Positions 8,185-17,294 of a stretch of DNA of 64,000 nt are shown here, piece after piece (position 1 is the stretch's first letter; each line of letters opens with the position of its first letter). The notes beneath the pieces are model-generated. The model saw only the letters and a program-made list of their open reading frames with translations. It did not search any database and was not told the DNA's origin. The position numbers were made by a program, and so were the translations under genes. The DNA lies in the IMG/VR virus record IMGVR_UViG_3300040801_001572, positions 1-64,000 of that record; one strand, 5' to 3'. Source of the DNA: a virus.

Positions 8185-8787
8185 ATGCGCAACACGCTCG
8201 CTATTGAACTAATTACCAACGTGATGCAGGAGATACCTGCTGACCGTGCCCAGTCACTGCTGCAGGCCACTGTGAACTTCCTCGCTGTAGCAGAGAAAGA
8301 GAACCTTGCACATTTGCTGGTGCAGGTAGAAAGCCTGGAAGATGCATTCAGCGACATTCTCATCAACCGTGACAAGCTGCTGTCCGAGAAGGCGCCGGTG
8401 GTAGACATGCGTGGCTTCCCGCACATTGGCATGCCTGGAACCGGCAAGCATGAGCGTGTCACCGGGCTGTTCAAGACTGCTGGCATCGCTTCGCTGATCA
8501 CGAATTTCTACGACCTTGCCAGCGAGAACGACTCTACGGAGTACACCCTGGACGACTTCAACACTCGCATCGGTGATCAGCTGCGCAGTGCCGCTGAAGA
8601 TCTGGAAGACGGTGGCGGAGCGAGTTTCGATATGACTGACGTACATTTTGACGTCGAGGACGAGCTGGTACGCTCGGAACTTAACCAGGCCATGCACCGT
8701 GTTACCCACGCGATCATGATTGCCCTCCGCGAACGGGACGAAAGGAACATCCTGGACGCCCTTAACATGATGGGCGAGTCCGAATAA
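8185..8787 (+). CDS. hypothetical protein
   Basis: SD + promoter, 200 aa. Confidence 0.8.
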   Translation: MRNTLAIELITNVMQEIPADRAQSLLQATVNFLAVAEKENLAHLLVQVESLEDAFSDILINRDKLLSEKAPVVDMRGFPHIGMPGTGKHERVTGLFKTAGIASLITNFYDLASENDSTEYTLDDFNTRIGDQLRSAAEDLEDGGGASFDMTDVHFDVEDELVRSELNQAMHRVTHAIMIALRERDERNILDALNMMGESE

Positions 8788-8790
8788 CGG

Positions 8791-8841
8791 TTGACATTTC
8801 CATCCAACTGTCATACTATATACGCAGTTAGTTAGGAGATT
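8791..8841 (+). promoter_or_regulatory. sigma70-type early promoter
   Basis: TTGACA-17-TACTAT, cagttagttaggagat. Confidence 0.85.
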
Positions 8842-8846
8842 GCAAC

Positions 8847-9332
8847 ATGTTTGAGATTACCCAAGACCCCAAAGCTGCCGGACAACACTGGCCCGACGTT
8901 TCATACCGCGGCCACAACCTGTTCGACATCTACTGCGACGATAAAGAGATCGGAGACCTGATCAGTGATCAAGGTAACGGCCTTGACATTGACTGTCAGG
9001 AAAGCTACCTGGGTTACATTCCCGACGAGGACTGCTTCCTGTCTGGCTGGGACTGCTGGTACGACGATTCCAACGACTGCGATCACTGCTGGGGCGAAAC
9101 TGTCGACGAGGACACCGGTGAAGAGTGTACCCACTGTGATGGCAACGGTTACCTCGAAAGCGAGGACAGCGAGAACTTCAAAGGCTGCATGGCCAAGTTC
9201 GTGATAGACGACACAGGCAAGCTTTGTGTGCTCGAGATCATCCAGACCCACGGGCGCATGGTGTACTCGGACGATGTGCTAGCAGCCATGCACACTCGAT
9301 ACCCATCGTTGGTTGACCTTCGGTTGGATTGA
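8847..9332 (+). CDS. acidic protein with DnaJ-like CxxCxG zinc finger
   Basis: CDHCWG...CTHCDGNG. Confidence 0.75.
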   Translation: MFEITQDPKAAGQHWPDVSYRGHNLFDIYCDDKEIGDLISDQGNGLDIDCQESYLGYIPDEDCFLSGWDCWYDDSNDCDHCWGETVDEDTGEECTHCDGNGYLESEDSENFKGCMAKFVIDDTGKLCVLEIIQTHGRMVYSDDVLAAMHTRYPSLVDLRLD

Positions 9333-9367
9333 TCGTATACTGTGTGGGTTAGTTAGGACAACGGAGC
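9313..9367 (+). promoter_or_regulatory. sigma70-type early promoter
   Basis: TTGACC-17-TATACT, agttaggacaacggag. Confidence 0.75.
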
Positions 9368-9373
9368 AACACA

Positions 9374-9703
9374 ATGAACTACCTTCCTGTTAATGTATAC
9401 GGTGTACAGTCGGACAACACCTTTCTGTGCAGCGACAGCTCAAACTGTGGTGTGACCCTTACCCATCGTGACAAGCTGGTCGTGCCGCATGTCAGGGGCC
9501 AGTACACGGAGCAAGACGTCAAGGAACGTGGCATGGTCATCCTGGAACTGATGGAACCTGCTTTCCCTGGTTGCCCTCCGCGCTTCAAGCCTCAGGGCAT
9601 CGCAGGCCACGCAATGTTTGGTGGTCGCTACGTGATGGGTGACAGCCGGTTCACTGAGGCGTACAGTAAGCAGCCTGTCCAGGTACACGATCGGGTGGAG
9701 TAA
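9374..9703 (+). CDS. hypothetical protein
   Basis: SD + promoter; MFGG...DSRF...HDR motif. Confidence 0.75.
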   Translation: MNYLPVNVYGVQSDNTFLCSDSSNCGVTLTHRDKLVVPHVRGQYTEQDVKERGMVILELMEPAFPGCPPRFKPQGIAGHAMFGGRYVMGDSRFTEAYSKQPVQVHDRVE

Positions 9704-9805
9704 TTCACCCGGTCCAATTTGGTCAGAGAAATTTCTCAACCAGAATTGGTCACCCGGCCTAAACGGCTTAGACAAATAACCCAGGCAAGATAGGAGGCAT
9801 ACACA

Positions 9806-10018
9806 ATGATTTGGTACACTGTTATCATGCTGTGGTATGCTGTTGCCTGGGGATTCTTCCGTGCTATTGCTTGCGTATGTGCTGCTGCTGTGCTTACGTA
9901 CATGTATCCTGGTGACCACTGGCAAGTGTCAATGTACCTGTGGACTGTGCTTACTGTGCTGTGTGTAACGCCTAGTTTGCTTGCTGCTGTGGCTGCAGGA
10001 GTCTACATTGGTAAATAG
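9806..10018 (+). CDS. small membrane protein
   Basis: AGGAGG SD; hydrophobic. Confidence 0.7.
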   Translation: MIWYTVIMLWYAVAWGFFRAIACVCAAAVLTYMYPGDHWQVSMYLWTVLTVLCVTPSLLAAVAAGVYIGK

Positions 10019-10023
10019 CTAGT

Positions 10024-10413
10024 ATGAGCATTTCACTACTAGCTAACGTCCAAGAAACTGTCAACGCAATTGATCAAGGTCTTCGCCCAGTCGTAGACGA
10101 CGGACGCGGAGATATCTACGTACTTAATACCTCCCGCAAACAGTTCGGCAACTTAGTGTTCACGCAGTTCGATCGTAACACACTGTTTCCTATTGCTAGC
10201 TTCACAGTGAGATATGGAACTCAGCATGTAATCAACGAAGTCCTATTCGGGGCTTTCTCTAGCAGGCGACAACTCGAAGAGATCATCGACATGGAGATCC
10301 CTGGTCAGGTCCGAGAAGAGTTCGACCCACGTATCATCCCTGGTTGCACCCCTACCTTCCCAACTGAGGTTTCGGATACACAAGGTACCCCAAAGTTCAT
10401 ACAAGGTACTTGA
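10024..10413 (+). CDS. hypothetical protein
   Basis: operonic; stop inside TTGACA. Confidence 0.7.
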   Translation: MSISLLANVQETVNAIDQGLRPVVDDGRGDIYVLNTSRKQFGNLVFTQFDRNTLFPIASFTVRYGTQHVINEVLFGAFSSRRQLEEIIDMEIPGQVREEFDPRIIPGCTPTFPTEVSDTQGTPKFIQGT

Positions 10414-10460
10414 CATTTCCATCCAATGTGCTATAATGTGGCACAGTTAGATAGGAGATG
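10410..10460 (+). promoter_or_regulatory. sigma70-type early promoter
   Basis: TTGACA-16-TATAAT, cagttagataggagat. Confidence 0.85.
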
Positions 10461-10465
10461 CAGAC

Positions 10466-10777
10466 ATGATACAAGTAACGCTGATAGACCAGACGATTGC
10501 GAAGAAGCGCAGTGACGTTACCTTCACTGAGATCCTCAAGTACAAGTCACACAAGCTGCGCGTTCGTATCCGTAGCAATAGCTACGACTTCCAAAACTCT
10601 GCAGTCATTGACCGGTGGGATGGCGCCAAGTGGAACGTGGTATACACTATCCCCTACACTGCGATGACCACTCCGGACGGACTGGCAACTGTACGTGAGC
10701 CTGCAACCATGCTGGGCAAATACTTCCTGGATGATCGCGAGAAGCTGGTCAAAATGGCCCTGAAAATTATTTCCTAA
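10466..10777 (+). CDS. hypothetical protein
   Basis: SD + promoter. Confidence 0.75.
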   Translation: MIQVTLIDQTIAKKRSDVTFTEILKYKSHKLRVRIRSNSYDFQNSAVIDRWDGAKWNVVYTIPYTAMTTPDGLATVREPATMLGKYFLDDREKLVKMALKIIS

Positions 10778-10856
10778 AAGGGTTGACTTTCAATCCTAGT
10801 GAAGGCATAATGTGTTTGTTGGCTGTTAGGAGCCAGCGACACACAGGAGAAAGAAC

Positions 10857-11165
10857 ATGTTGCAAGAAATTCGCGTACAGATCAACGAAGCTGGTGACTA
10901 CTTTACCACTACGCCGTTCCAGCTGAGCCAGTGGCGCACTGGACTGAAGCTGGAGCACGAGACGGGCATGTCACTGTCACGTGGCCAGAAGGTATCAACG
11001 CACCTGCGCAAGCTGTTTGGCTGGAAGCGTTCAGTCAAGATCAGCACCATGTACAATGCGGTATGCCAGATCCAGAAGGACGTTGACGAGTCGCTGGGCC
11101 TGGAGCCGCGTGAGTTCCCCAAGCTGGGCCAGTACTGGAAAGACAAGCAAGAGAGCGCCGCTTAG
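10857..11165 (+). CDS. hypothetical protein
   Basis: promoter TTGACT-17-CATAAT at 10783; AGGAG SD. Confidence 0.75.
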   Translation: MLQEIRVQINEAGDYFTTTPFQLSQWRTGLKLEHETGMSLSRGQKVSTHLRKLFGWKRSVKISTMYNAVCQIQKDVDESLGLEPREFPKLGQYWKDKQESAA

Positions 11166-11193
11166 GCGCTCCACTCCCCAGGAGGATTCCAAA

Positions 11194-11496
11194 ATGGAAA
11201 TGGATTCACGAGACATCGGTCTGATGATCGTTGGTGTGCAAGAAGGCGTCTCAGTAACTGTGTGGCGACCTGGTACTAGCACTGTGCTGATCAAGGACCC
11301 TGTGACCTGGGTGGACCTGGACTGCTTCTCGGTTGACACGGAGATGACTCCGGACGAGATGATTCGCTACGTTGGCGAACGCATCCAGGAAGCCGATGAC
11401 CTGTGCGACGATGGTCAGCCCACCGAGTACGAAGAGTGGCAAGACTTCCACGGTGGTGACGATTGGGACCACGGCCAGTTCAACGACGGTTGCTGA
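11194..11496 (+). CDS. hypothetical acidic protein
   Basis: AGGAGG SD before ATG 11194; DGQPTEYEEWQDF. Confidence 0.7.
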   Translation: MEMDSRDIGLMIVGVQEGVSVTVWRPGTSTVLIKDPVTWVDLDCFSVDTEMTPDEMIRYVGERIQEADDLCDDGQPTEYEEWQDFHGGDDWDHGQFNDGC

Positions 11497-11679
11497 GGGG
11501 TTGACTTTTGGATGGATTAGTGCTAAAGGATTGGCTGGAAAATAATTTAAATTTCTGGTTGACGAAAGGCACAAGTTTCCATATAATTGTTTTTGAAAGT
11601 TAGGCATACACTGCTTTCAGGGCGTTGCGCTAGGCCCATACTAAACTAGACGCACTGACATATATCAGAGGAGATCACT

Positions 11680-12039
11680 ATGTCAAAGGCAAAAACCAAG
11701 CGCGAGATCGCTAACGGTGTTTTCAACAAGGCTCTGCCCACCCGCGAGAAAGTCGGTGATCGCAAGTTTCGCCAGAACGTCCTGGTAGCGATCGAGAAGC
11801 GCACTGGCGCCACTCGTCCGCAGGCTGCTACGCTGTACAACTTCGCCAAGAAGACTGCTGTTGCTGCCGGCCTGACCCCCGACTTCAGCCGCTCTGCCAA
11901 CACTGCCAATGTACCCCAGCCCGCCGAAGGCGACAACTGGAAGGCCGTGGACAAGGAGTCCGGCGAGATCCTGGGATACGGTCCGAGCCGCGCCAAGACC
12001 CGCGCTGCCTTCGAAGGTGCAACCGTCAGCAAGATCTAA
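11680..12039 (+). CDS. small basic putative DNA-binding protein, related to 5190-5552
   Basis: promoter TTGACG-17-TATAAT at 11559; AATLYN. Confidence 0.8.
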   Translation: MSKAKTKREIANGVFNKALPTREKVGDRKFRQNVLVAIEKRTGATRPQAATLYNFAKKTAVAAGLTPDFSRSANTANVPQPAEGDNWKAVDKESGEILGYGPSRAKTRAAFEGATVSKI

Positions 12040-12063
12040 CGCTGTCGGCCATCCAGGTCTTAC

Positions 12064-12087
12064 AGGGCTCTTCGGGGCCCTTTTTTT
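12064..12087 (+). terminator. intrinsic terminator
   Basis: agggctc-ttcg-gggccct + T run. Confidence 0.85.
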
Positions 12088-12203
12088 ATGGCCCCACTTG
12101 GTTGACATTCCATTCAAAAGATAGTAAGCATGGTTGGAAATTAATGGTTGACTTTCAACCTGCTGAATGTATACTAGTGGACAGTTAGGTAGGAGATGCA
12201 GAC

Positions 12204-12425
12204 ATGAGTTTAGACCTCGTTATTAAGTACAAAGCGCACAACGAACGCATCACGCAGATTCGTGACCTTGCTGCTGAAGCTGTGTTGCTTGAAGAAGCTG
12301 CTATACAAGCTGAGCGCAAGTTCGACCACGAGAAGGCGGAAGAGCTGCGCCACGACAAGCGCAATGCACAGAGCTTGATCGGTATGCTGGTCATTAACTC
12401 ACTCAAGGAACAAGGAGAGCTGTAA
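12204..12425 (+). CDS. hypothetical coiled-coil protein
   Basis: promoter at 12148; cagttaggtaggagat. Confidence 0.7.
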   Translation: MSLDLVIKYKAHNERITQIRDLAAEAVLLEEAAIQAERKFDHEKAEELRHDKRNAQSLIGMLVINSLKEQGEL

Positions 12426-12682
12426 TGGGCGCTGACACGTTCACAGCTACCGAAGCGGAAGTCGAGAAAGCTCGCATCGGGATCGAGATGCAGGCTCAGG
12501 CCGCTGGGTTGGATTTCGAAGACCCCAAGGTACGCCGGTTCCTGGACCAGATGATCGAGACCACCGCTGCCCACTTGGCCTGTGAGCGGTTCCAGCAAGA
12601 TGTGATCCATCGGGTCACTGCAGAAGGACACTGGTCACCCGATGGCTGCCAACACGTACACAAGCCCGAGGAGGAAGTCTAA
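12425..12682 (+). CDS. hypothetical protein
   Basis: TAATG overlap. Confidence 0.7.
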   Translation: MGADTFTATEAEVEKARIGIEMQAQAAGLDFEDPKVRRFLDQMIETTAAHLACERFQQDVIHRVTAEGHWSPDGCQHVHKPEEEV

Positions 12683-12846
12683 TGTATTTCGCAGTCTTCC
12701 TCACAGCGGTACTGATGGCGTCCGGGTTCAAACGTTTGCCCGATCAACCGGCCCTTGTTATCGCGGTTTCTATCATCTTCCTAGCCATGTGCCGGTCGGA
12801 GTATCTGAAAGATAAGAAACGGCGTGAGATTGAAACTAGTGGTTGA
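12682..12846 (+). CDS. small membrane protein (54 aa)
   Basis: GGAGG SD; stop inside TTGACA. Confidence 0.6.
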   Translation: MYFAVFLTAVLMASGFKRLPDQPALVIAVSIIFLAMCRSEYLKDKKRREIETSG

Positions 12847-12901
12847 CATTCCATCCAACTGTGCTATACTAGCGGACAGTTAGGAAACGAGGAGAACTGC
12901 A

Positions 12902-13132
12902 ATGGCAACTAACATGGCAACTGGTGAAGAGATGTTTGCCGCTGGCATGATGAATCTCGGAGGGTCTGGCTGCGGTACCTACGAGTATTTCTGGAGGCCT
13001 GGAACTACCACAGTGTACATGCGCAACATTGACACCGATGACATGCGCGAGTGGGGAGAGTTTGACACTGTGCCCGAGGATGCCGAGGAAGCCGAGGTAC
13101 TCATAGAATATATGGAAGGGGACGAATGGTAA
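12902..13132 (+). CDS. hypothetical acidic protein
   Basis: promoter at 12843; WRPGT motif shared with 11194-11496. Confidence 0.7.
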   Translation: MATNMATGEEMFAAGMMNLGGSGCGTYEYFWRPGTTTVYMRNIDTDDMREWGEFDTVPEDAEEAEVLIEYMEGDEW

Positions 13133-13293
13133 TGGAAAAGTCTACGAAGGTACGTTACTCCACTCGTAAGTATGACGGCGATGACCAGTATAGCTGGGCA
13201 GTCTTCGCCAGCAACCAAACCCACCCCGTGGTAACGGGCTGCTCTAGATCTGAAGCGCAGTACCACAAGAAAAAGCTCGAAAAGAAAGGTTGA
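13132..13293 (+). CDS. hypothetical protein (53 aa)
   Basis: RKYDGDDQYSWAVF; TAATG overlap; stop inside TTGACA. Confidence 0.65.
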   Translation: MEKSTKVRYSTRKYDGDDQYSWAVFASNQTHPVVTGCSRSEAQYHKKKLEKKG

Positions 13294-13346
13294 CATTTCC
13301 AACCAAGACGCTATACTAGTGGACAGTTAGGAAAGGAGCACGGAAC

Positions 13347-13775
13347 ATGAGCAACGAAGTCATCGAGCACATCAAGCAGATCAACGAAGAGAGCCGCAAG
13401 CGCATGGCCGACAACCCCAACCTGTTCATTGGTCTCCTCACTGAGGACCCCAACCACTGGGAAGAGTACAAGACCGTTGAAGAGTTCGAGGTGGCCATGG
13501 CCAAGGAGAGCTTCATTAACGTGTTCAAGAGCTACGAGGGCATCAAGCCTCGCTGGGAAGACTTCACCCACGAAGATGGTACTCCGATGACTTCCAAGGA
13601 GATCAACAAGATGACCTCCGACTTCATCGAGCGGGAGGAGAAGTGGGCACGGGAAGAGGCCGAGCGTGAAGAACGCGAAGAGCGCGAGCGTAAGGCCCGT
13701 GTAGCCAAGCAGGCTCGTGAGTGCACCCCTACACTGGGTGACGTGTTCGGTGACGTGCTGAGAGGTGCACTGTGA
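13347..13775 (+). CDS. hypothetical protein
   Basis: promoter at 13290; cagttaggaaaggag. Confidence 0.8.
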   Translation: MSNEVIEHIKQINEESRKRMADNPNLFIGLLTEDPNHWEEYKTVEEFEVAMAKESFINVFKSYEGIKPRWEDFTHEDGTPMTSKEINKMTSDFIEREEKWAREEAEREEREERERKARVAKQARECTPTLGDVFGDVLRGAL

Positions 13776-14005
13776 AGACTGTAGAGGGTGTCATTGGACT
13801 GAAGGTAGCCAACGGCAGTATGTCCGTTCAGGAAGCCGACAGGATGCTGCGGCACTATCGATCAGAGCTGGCGTTCATCCAAGCTGGCAAGGACGATACC
13901 GAGATCCCCAAGTTCCCCTGGGGACTAGCATGGGCAATCACTATACCTTGGTTCGTGTTCGGTGCAGTTCACATCTTCTACTTAGTAGCGGAGTTAGTAT
14001 CATGA
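13772..14005 (+). CDS. small membrane protein
   Basis: GTGA overlap; C-terminal TM segment. Confidence 0.65.
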   Translation: MKTVEGVIGLKVANGSMSVQEADRMLRHYRSELAFIQAGKDDTEIPKFPWGLAWAITIPWFVFGAVHIFYLVAELVS

Positions 14006-14385
14006 CCATATCCACAAAGTTTGGTAGCCGCTGGTACGAGTTCCCGAATCACAGTCAAGTCCAAGATGCATACGTGCTCTGGGGCGATGGCTGGGAGGAC
14101 GAGGAAGGTGACCAGGAGGCTTTCGAGAACGAAATGACTGCTCGAGGTATTGACTGGATCTTCGATGAGAGTGCCTTGGTGGATTCCTATGTCGACGAAG
14201 CACTGGAGGAATCGGAACTCGGGCAGCATTGCCGCTACATTGAAAGCCAGTTTGAAGGTCTGGCCCAGAGCGAAGACTATCCGATGATGCTCCAGGTGCG
14301 AGACTCCGAAGGTGGTCAGACCAACTGGCTGAATATCACGCCTCGCCAGGCCCAAAAGATCAAACAGATCCTCCGAGACGAGTAA
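14002..14385 (+). CDS. hypothetical acidic protein
   Basis: ATGA overlap at 14002. Confidence 0.7.
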   Translation: MTISTKFGSRWYEFPNHSQVQDAYVLWGDGWEDEEGDQEAFENEMTARGIDWIFDESALVDSYVDEALEESELGQHCRYIESQFEGLAQSEDYPMMLQVRDSEGGQTNWLNITPRQAQKIKQILRDE

Positions 14386-14460
14386 CCACTGTATAAATGT
14401 ACAGTTGACAAAAGTTTCCATCCTGCTATACTAGTGGACAGTTAGGTAGGAGATGAAACA

Positions 14461-14910
14461 ATGGCAAAGCAGAAATTGGTAACGCGCCAGCAGGTCATTG
14501 CAATCGTGAACGCCAAGTGGGAAGCGGCACAGAAAGGTGACACCGAAGCACGCCGCTTCCTGGAACAGTACATCGGCAAGGCTCTGATGGTACTGTTGGA
14601 TCGTCAGACGCAAGACGAGCAACGCGACACCACTGTGAAGTACCGCAACGAAATGGGCTTCACTGGCGCTGATGGACGTAGTGGCACTATTGCTGCTCGC
14701 ACCTACCTCAAGTACAAGGGCTTCCCGGAAGACTGGATGCTGAAGCAATGGGTCAAGCCCAATCGCAGAGGCGTGCCGCGTATCGCCAAGTACTGGAGAC
14801 AGCTGAACGAAGCTGCTATCCAGAAGGCCCGAAAGGCAGCCTACCAACAACTGAAACTGAACACTGGTTGCACTGCAGAAGACTATCGCACTGCAACCCA
14901 CGGAGCGTAA
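14461..14910 (+). CDS. hypothetical protein (QTxDE...NxxGF...D motif)
   Basis: promoter at 14405; SD. Confidence 0.8.
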   Translation: MAKQKLVTRQQVIAIVNAKWEAAQKGDTEARRFLEQYIGKALMVLLDRQTQDEQRDTTVKYRNEMGFTGADGRSGTIAARTYLKYKGFPEDWMLKQWVKPNRRGVPRIAKYWRQLNEAAIQKARKAAYQQLKLNTGCTAEDYRTATHGA

Positions 14911-14911
14911 C

Positions 14912-15097
14912 ATGTACTTCGACAACTGCGGACTCGTAACCGACGATCAGGGTGACCAGCGCATTTACATTGCCTGGAGACATGTGCACGGGATCATGAA
15001 GTGGCTCCAGGACGGGAAGTCCTACTTGACCTACCCTGGGCATTCATTCACTCGCCAGCAAGTAGGCTTCCTACTTGCTTACTATGGAGAGGACTAA
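14912..15097 (+). CDS. hypothetical protein
   Basis: GGAG SD. Confidence 0.6.
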   Translation: MYFDNCGLVTDDQGDQRIYIAWRHVHGIMKWLQDGKSYLTYPGHSFTRQQVGFLLAYYGED

Positions 15098-15098
15098 A

Positions 15099-15383
15099 AT
15101 GCAGGCAGTAGCCCTACTCGAGATCCATCGCAAGTTCCACGGCAAGGTGCGAGAGTTTCGATTCCAGAATTCCCAGTACCGTGGCTTCTATGGTGCTCTG
15201 GTCGATGATCCGCAGATGGTGGCCCAGCGCACTGCCGTTCACGCAGTCCGGCACGATCCCCACCTCACTGCTCAGCTCAGTTTCATGAGCTTCGACACCA
15301 ACGAGCTGCCCGACTATAGCAAGTGGTGGCACGTGAAGGTGGACCGCACCAACGTTGATGACTACCAGGAGATTGATCTGTGA
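15099..15383 (+). CDS. hypothetical protein
   Basis: GAGG SD before ATG 15099. Confidence 0.65.
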   Translation: MQAVALLEIHRKFHGKVREFRFQNSQYRGFYGALVDDPQMVAQRTAVHAVRHDPHLTAQLSFMSFDTNELPDYSKWWHVKVDRTNVDDYQEIDL

Positions 15384-15613
15384 AGAGTGTATTGACCTCC
15401 ATTGTGCATCACCAGTTCGCTCAGTGTTGCATCCAAAACACATTGGTAGAGCTTGGCAGGCATCCTCGTAAGTTCGAGCTCGATCAAGCCCGCTGGCGCG
15501 CCGACGAGTTCATCCAGCTGGCCAATCAAAGCTGGGGCCGTGGTAACTGGTACATCACAGGCTTCCGCAGAGTAGGAGTCTTCCTGCGCCCCAGGGTGAG
15601 GTTGACAAACTGA
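15380..15613 (+). CDS. hypothetical protein
   Basis: GTGA overlap. Confidence 0.55.
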   Translation: MKSVLTSIVHHQFAQCCIQNTLVELGRHPRKFELDQARWRADEFIQLANQSWGRGNWYITGFRRVGVFLRPRVRLTN

Positions 15614-15736
15614 CCAATTGATGCTATAGCCACCCAAAAAGAAATGGTCGAATAAATGGTTGACGTTGGGGCTGGTTGGATGTATCATGTGTTTTGTTAG
15701 CTGTTAGGAGCTAGCAACAACACACAGGAGATAGAA

Positions 15737-16846
15737 ATGTTTTTTGTTAAGATTGAAAACGCCAAGCACAGAAATCAAAAAGTGCCCGTTGATGTCTACC
15801 CTGTCGTTAAGGACTACGACGAAGACAAGGGTCAGATGACGATCCTCACTGACGGGAAGACCAAGCCCTTCCAAGTCAAGAACGCTCGCATCAAGCTGGA
15901 CGAGGGCGACTTCTTCTACTGCAACAAGGACGGGGAAGCTATTGACCCGGACACGATCCGCTCTATGCAGAGCGCTGCAGGCGAAGTTGAAACTGACGAA
16001 GCTGCTATTGCTGAGTTCCTCGCTAACGAAAGCGAAGACGACGCAATGGAGCGCATCGGCAAGCAGTTCCAAATGCTGGAGCGTATCACTGACGCGAGTG
16101 CGCGAGGCATTGTGCGCGGGCTTGTAGTGAGTGGTCCTCCCGGCATCGGTAAGAGCTTCGGCGTGTACAAGCAATTGGCCGAAGCGAACCTGACCCGCAA
16201 GCTTGCAGACGACGCTACCTGCTACGACATCGTGAAAGGCACTTGTACTGCGATCGCACTGTATCAGTCGCTGTACTTGAATCGTCACAAGGGCTTCGTT
16301 ACTGTGTTCGACGACTGTGACGACATCCTGTTCGACGACACTTGCCTGAACATGCTCAAGGCAGCACTGGACTCGGGCAACAAGCGCATACTGAGCTATC
16401 GCGCAGAGAGCCGTGTGCTGAAGGAAGCTGACATCCCCGACAGCTTCGAGTTCGAGGGCAGCATCATCTTCCTTACGAACTTGGACTTCGAGGCCCTGAG
16501 CCAGTCGGACAAGAAGAAGGCCATGCACTTGGGTGCTATCGTGTCGCGCTGTCACTACCTGGACTTGGAGATCAGCACTCAGCGTGATCAGCTGCTTCGC
16601 ATCAAGCAGATTGTACGCGCAGGCATGCTGGACGAGTTCGAGTTTGAGAACGGCGAAGAGCAGATGATCGTAGACTGGATCTTCCAGGAAGCGAACTACT
16701 TGCGTGAGCTGAGCCTGCGCATGGTCAAGAAGATTGCTGACTTCGTAGCAGCTGAACCTAACAACTGGGAAGACTTTGCTGTGAGCACTTGCTTGCGCAA
16801 GGACGCTCGTTACAGAAGGATGCTGGAGGCCAAGAAGGAGTCCTAA
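15737..16846 (+). CDS. AAA+ ATPase
   Basis: Walker A GPPGIGKS, Walker B VFDDCD, sensor-1 IFLTN, arginine finger SR; promoter at 15660. Confidence 0.9.
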   Translation: MFFVKIENAKHRNQKVPVDVYPVVKDYDEDKGQMTILTDGKTKPFQVKNARIKLDEGDFFYCNKDGEAIDPDTIRSMQSAAGEVETDEAAIAEFLANESEDDAMERIGKQFQMLERITDASARGIVRGLVVSGPPGIGKSFGVYKQLAEANLTRKLADDATCYDIVKGTCTAIALYQSLYLNRHKGFVTVFDDCDDILFDDTCLNMLKAALDSGNKRILSYRAESRVLKEADIPDSFEFEGSIIFLTNLDFEALSQSDKKKAMHLGAIVSRCHYLDLEISTQRDQLLRIKQIVRAGMLDEFEFENGEEQMIVDWIFQEANYLRELSLRMVKKIADFVAAEPNNWEDFAVSTCLRKDARYRRMLEAKKES

Positions 16847-16884
16847 GGGACTCCAACCTCCCCCGACCGAACATCTCCTGACCT

Positions 16885-16911
16885 GGACGCCCTAACACGG
16901 CGTCCTTTTTT
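16885..16911 (+). terminator. intrinsic terminator
   Basis: ggacgcc...ggcgtcc + T run. Confidence 0.8.
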
Positions 16912-16989
16912 GTTGGAGCCATTTCGAGCTTGCGCTCCAACACAGGAGCCCGGTATACTGTGCCCAACAATAACAAAGGAGGTTCAGCA

Positions 16990-17178
16990 ATGAACACACA
17001 ACTAGTCCTGGTCAACACAGAGACCAACGAAGCAACATTCTTTTCTACCATCACTGATGCAGCTCAGTACCTGCGTCGTGACACCAGCACTGTGAGTCGT
17101 GCGCTGAGTGGCGATCGTAACTGCCGCACTGTAGCAGGCCACGTAGCAGTAGCAGTACCTGAGTACCTGCTAGGCTAA
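16990..17178 (+). CDS. stand-alone NUMOD1-like HTH protein
   Basis: FxTIxDAAxxL...VSRAL...TVAGH; GGAGG SD. Confidence 0.7.
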   Translation: MNTQLVLVNTETNEATFFSTITDAAQYLRRDTSTVSRALSGDRNCRTVAGHVAVAVPEYLLG

Positions 17179-17202
17179 CACACTGCTAGCCCCCTACCCG
17201 AT

Positions 17203-17226
17203 AAGCCCGCTCCGTGCGGGCTTTTT
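17203..17226 (+). terminator. intrinsic terminator
   Basis: aagcccgc-tccgt-gcgggctt + T run. Confidence 0.85.
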
Positions 17227-17294
17227 CTTGGATTGACATTTTGGTCCATTGGCAGTATCATATGCTTGTTAGTTAGGAGTTAGGAGATCAACCC

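Noticed and set aside
15704-16555. 283-aa minus-strand ORF (also 3682-4290, 8254-8814, 48963-49595)
   Set aside because: Antisense shadows of well-supported genes, with no SD or motifs.
576-17290. CRISPR array or integron cassettes from recurring ~30-nt repeats
   Set aside because: The repeats are degenerate promoters/leaders spaced by whole genes; no cas or integrase gene and no attC structure.
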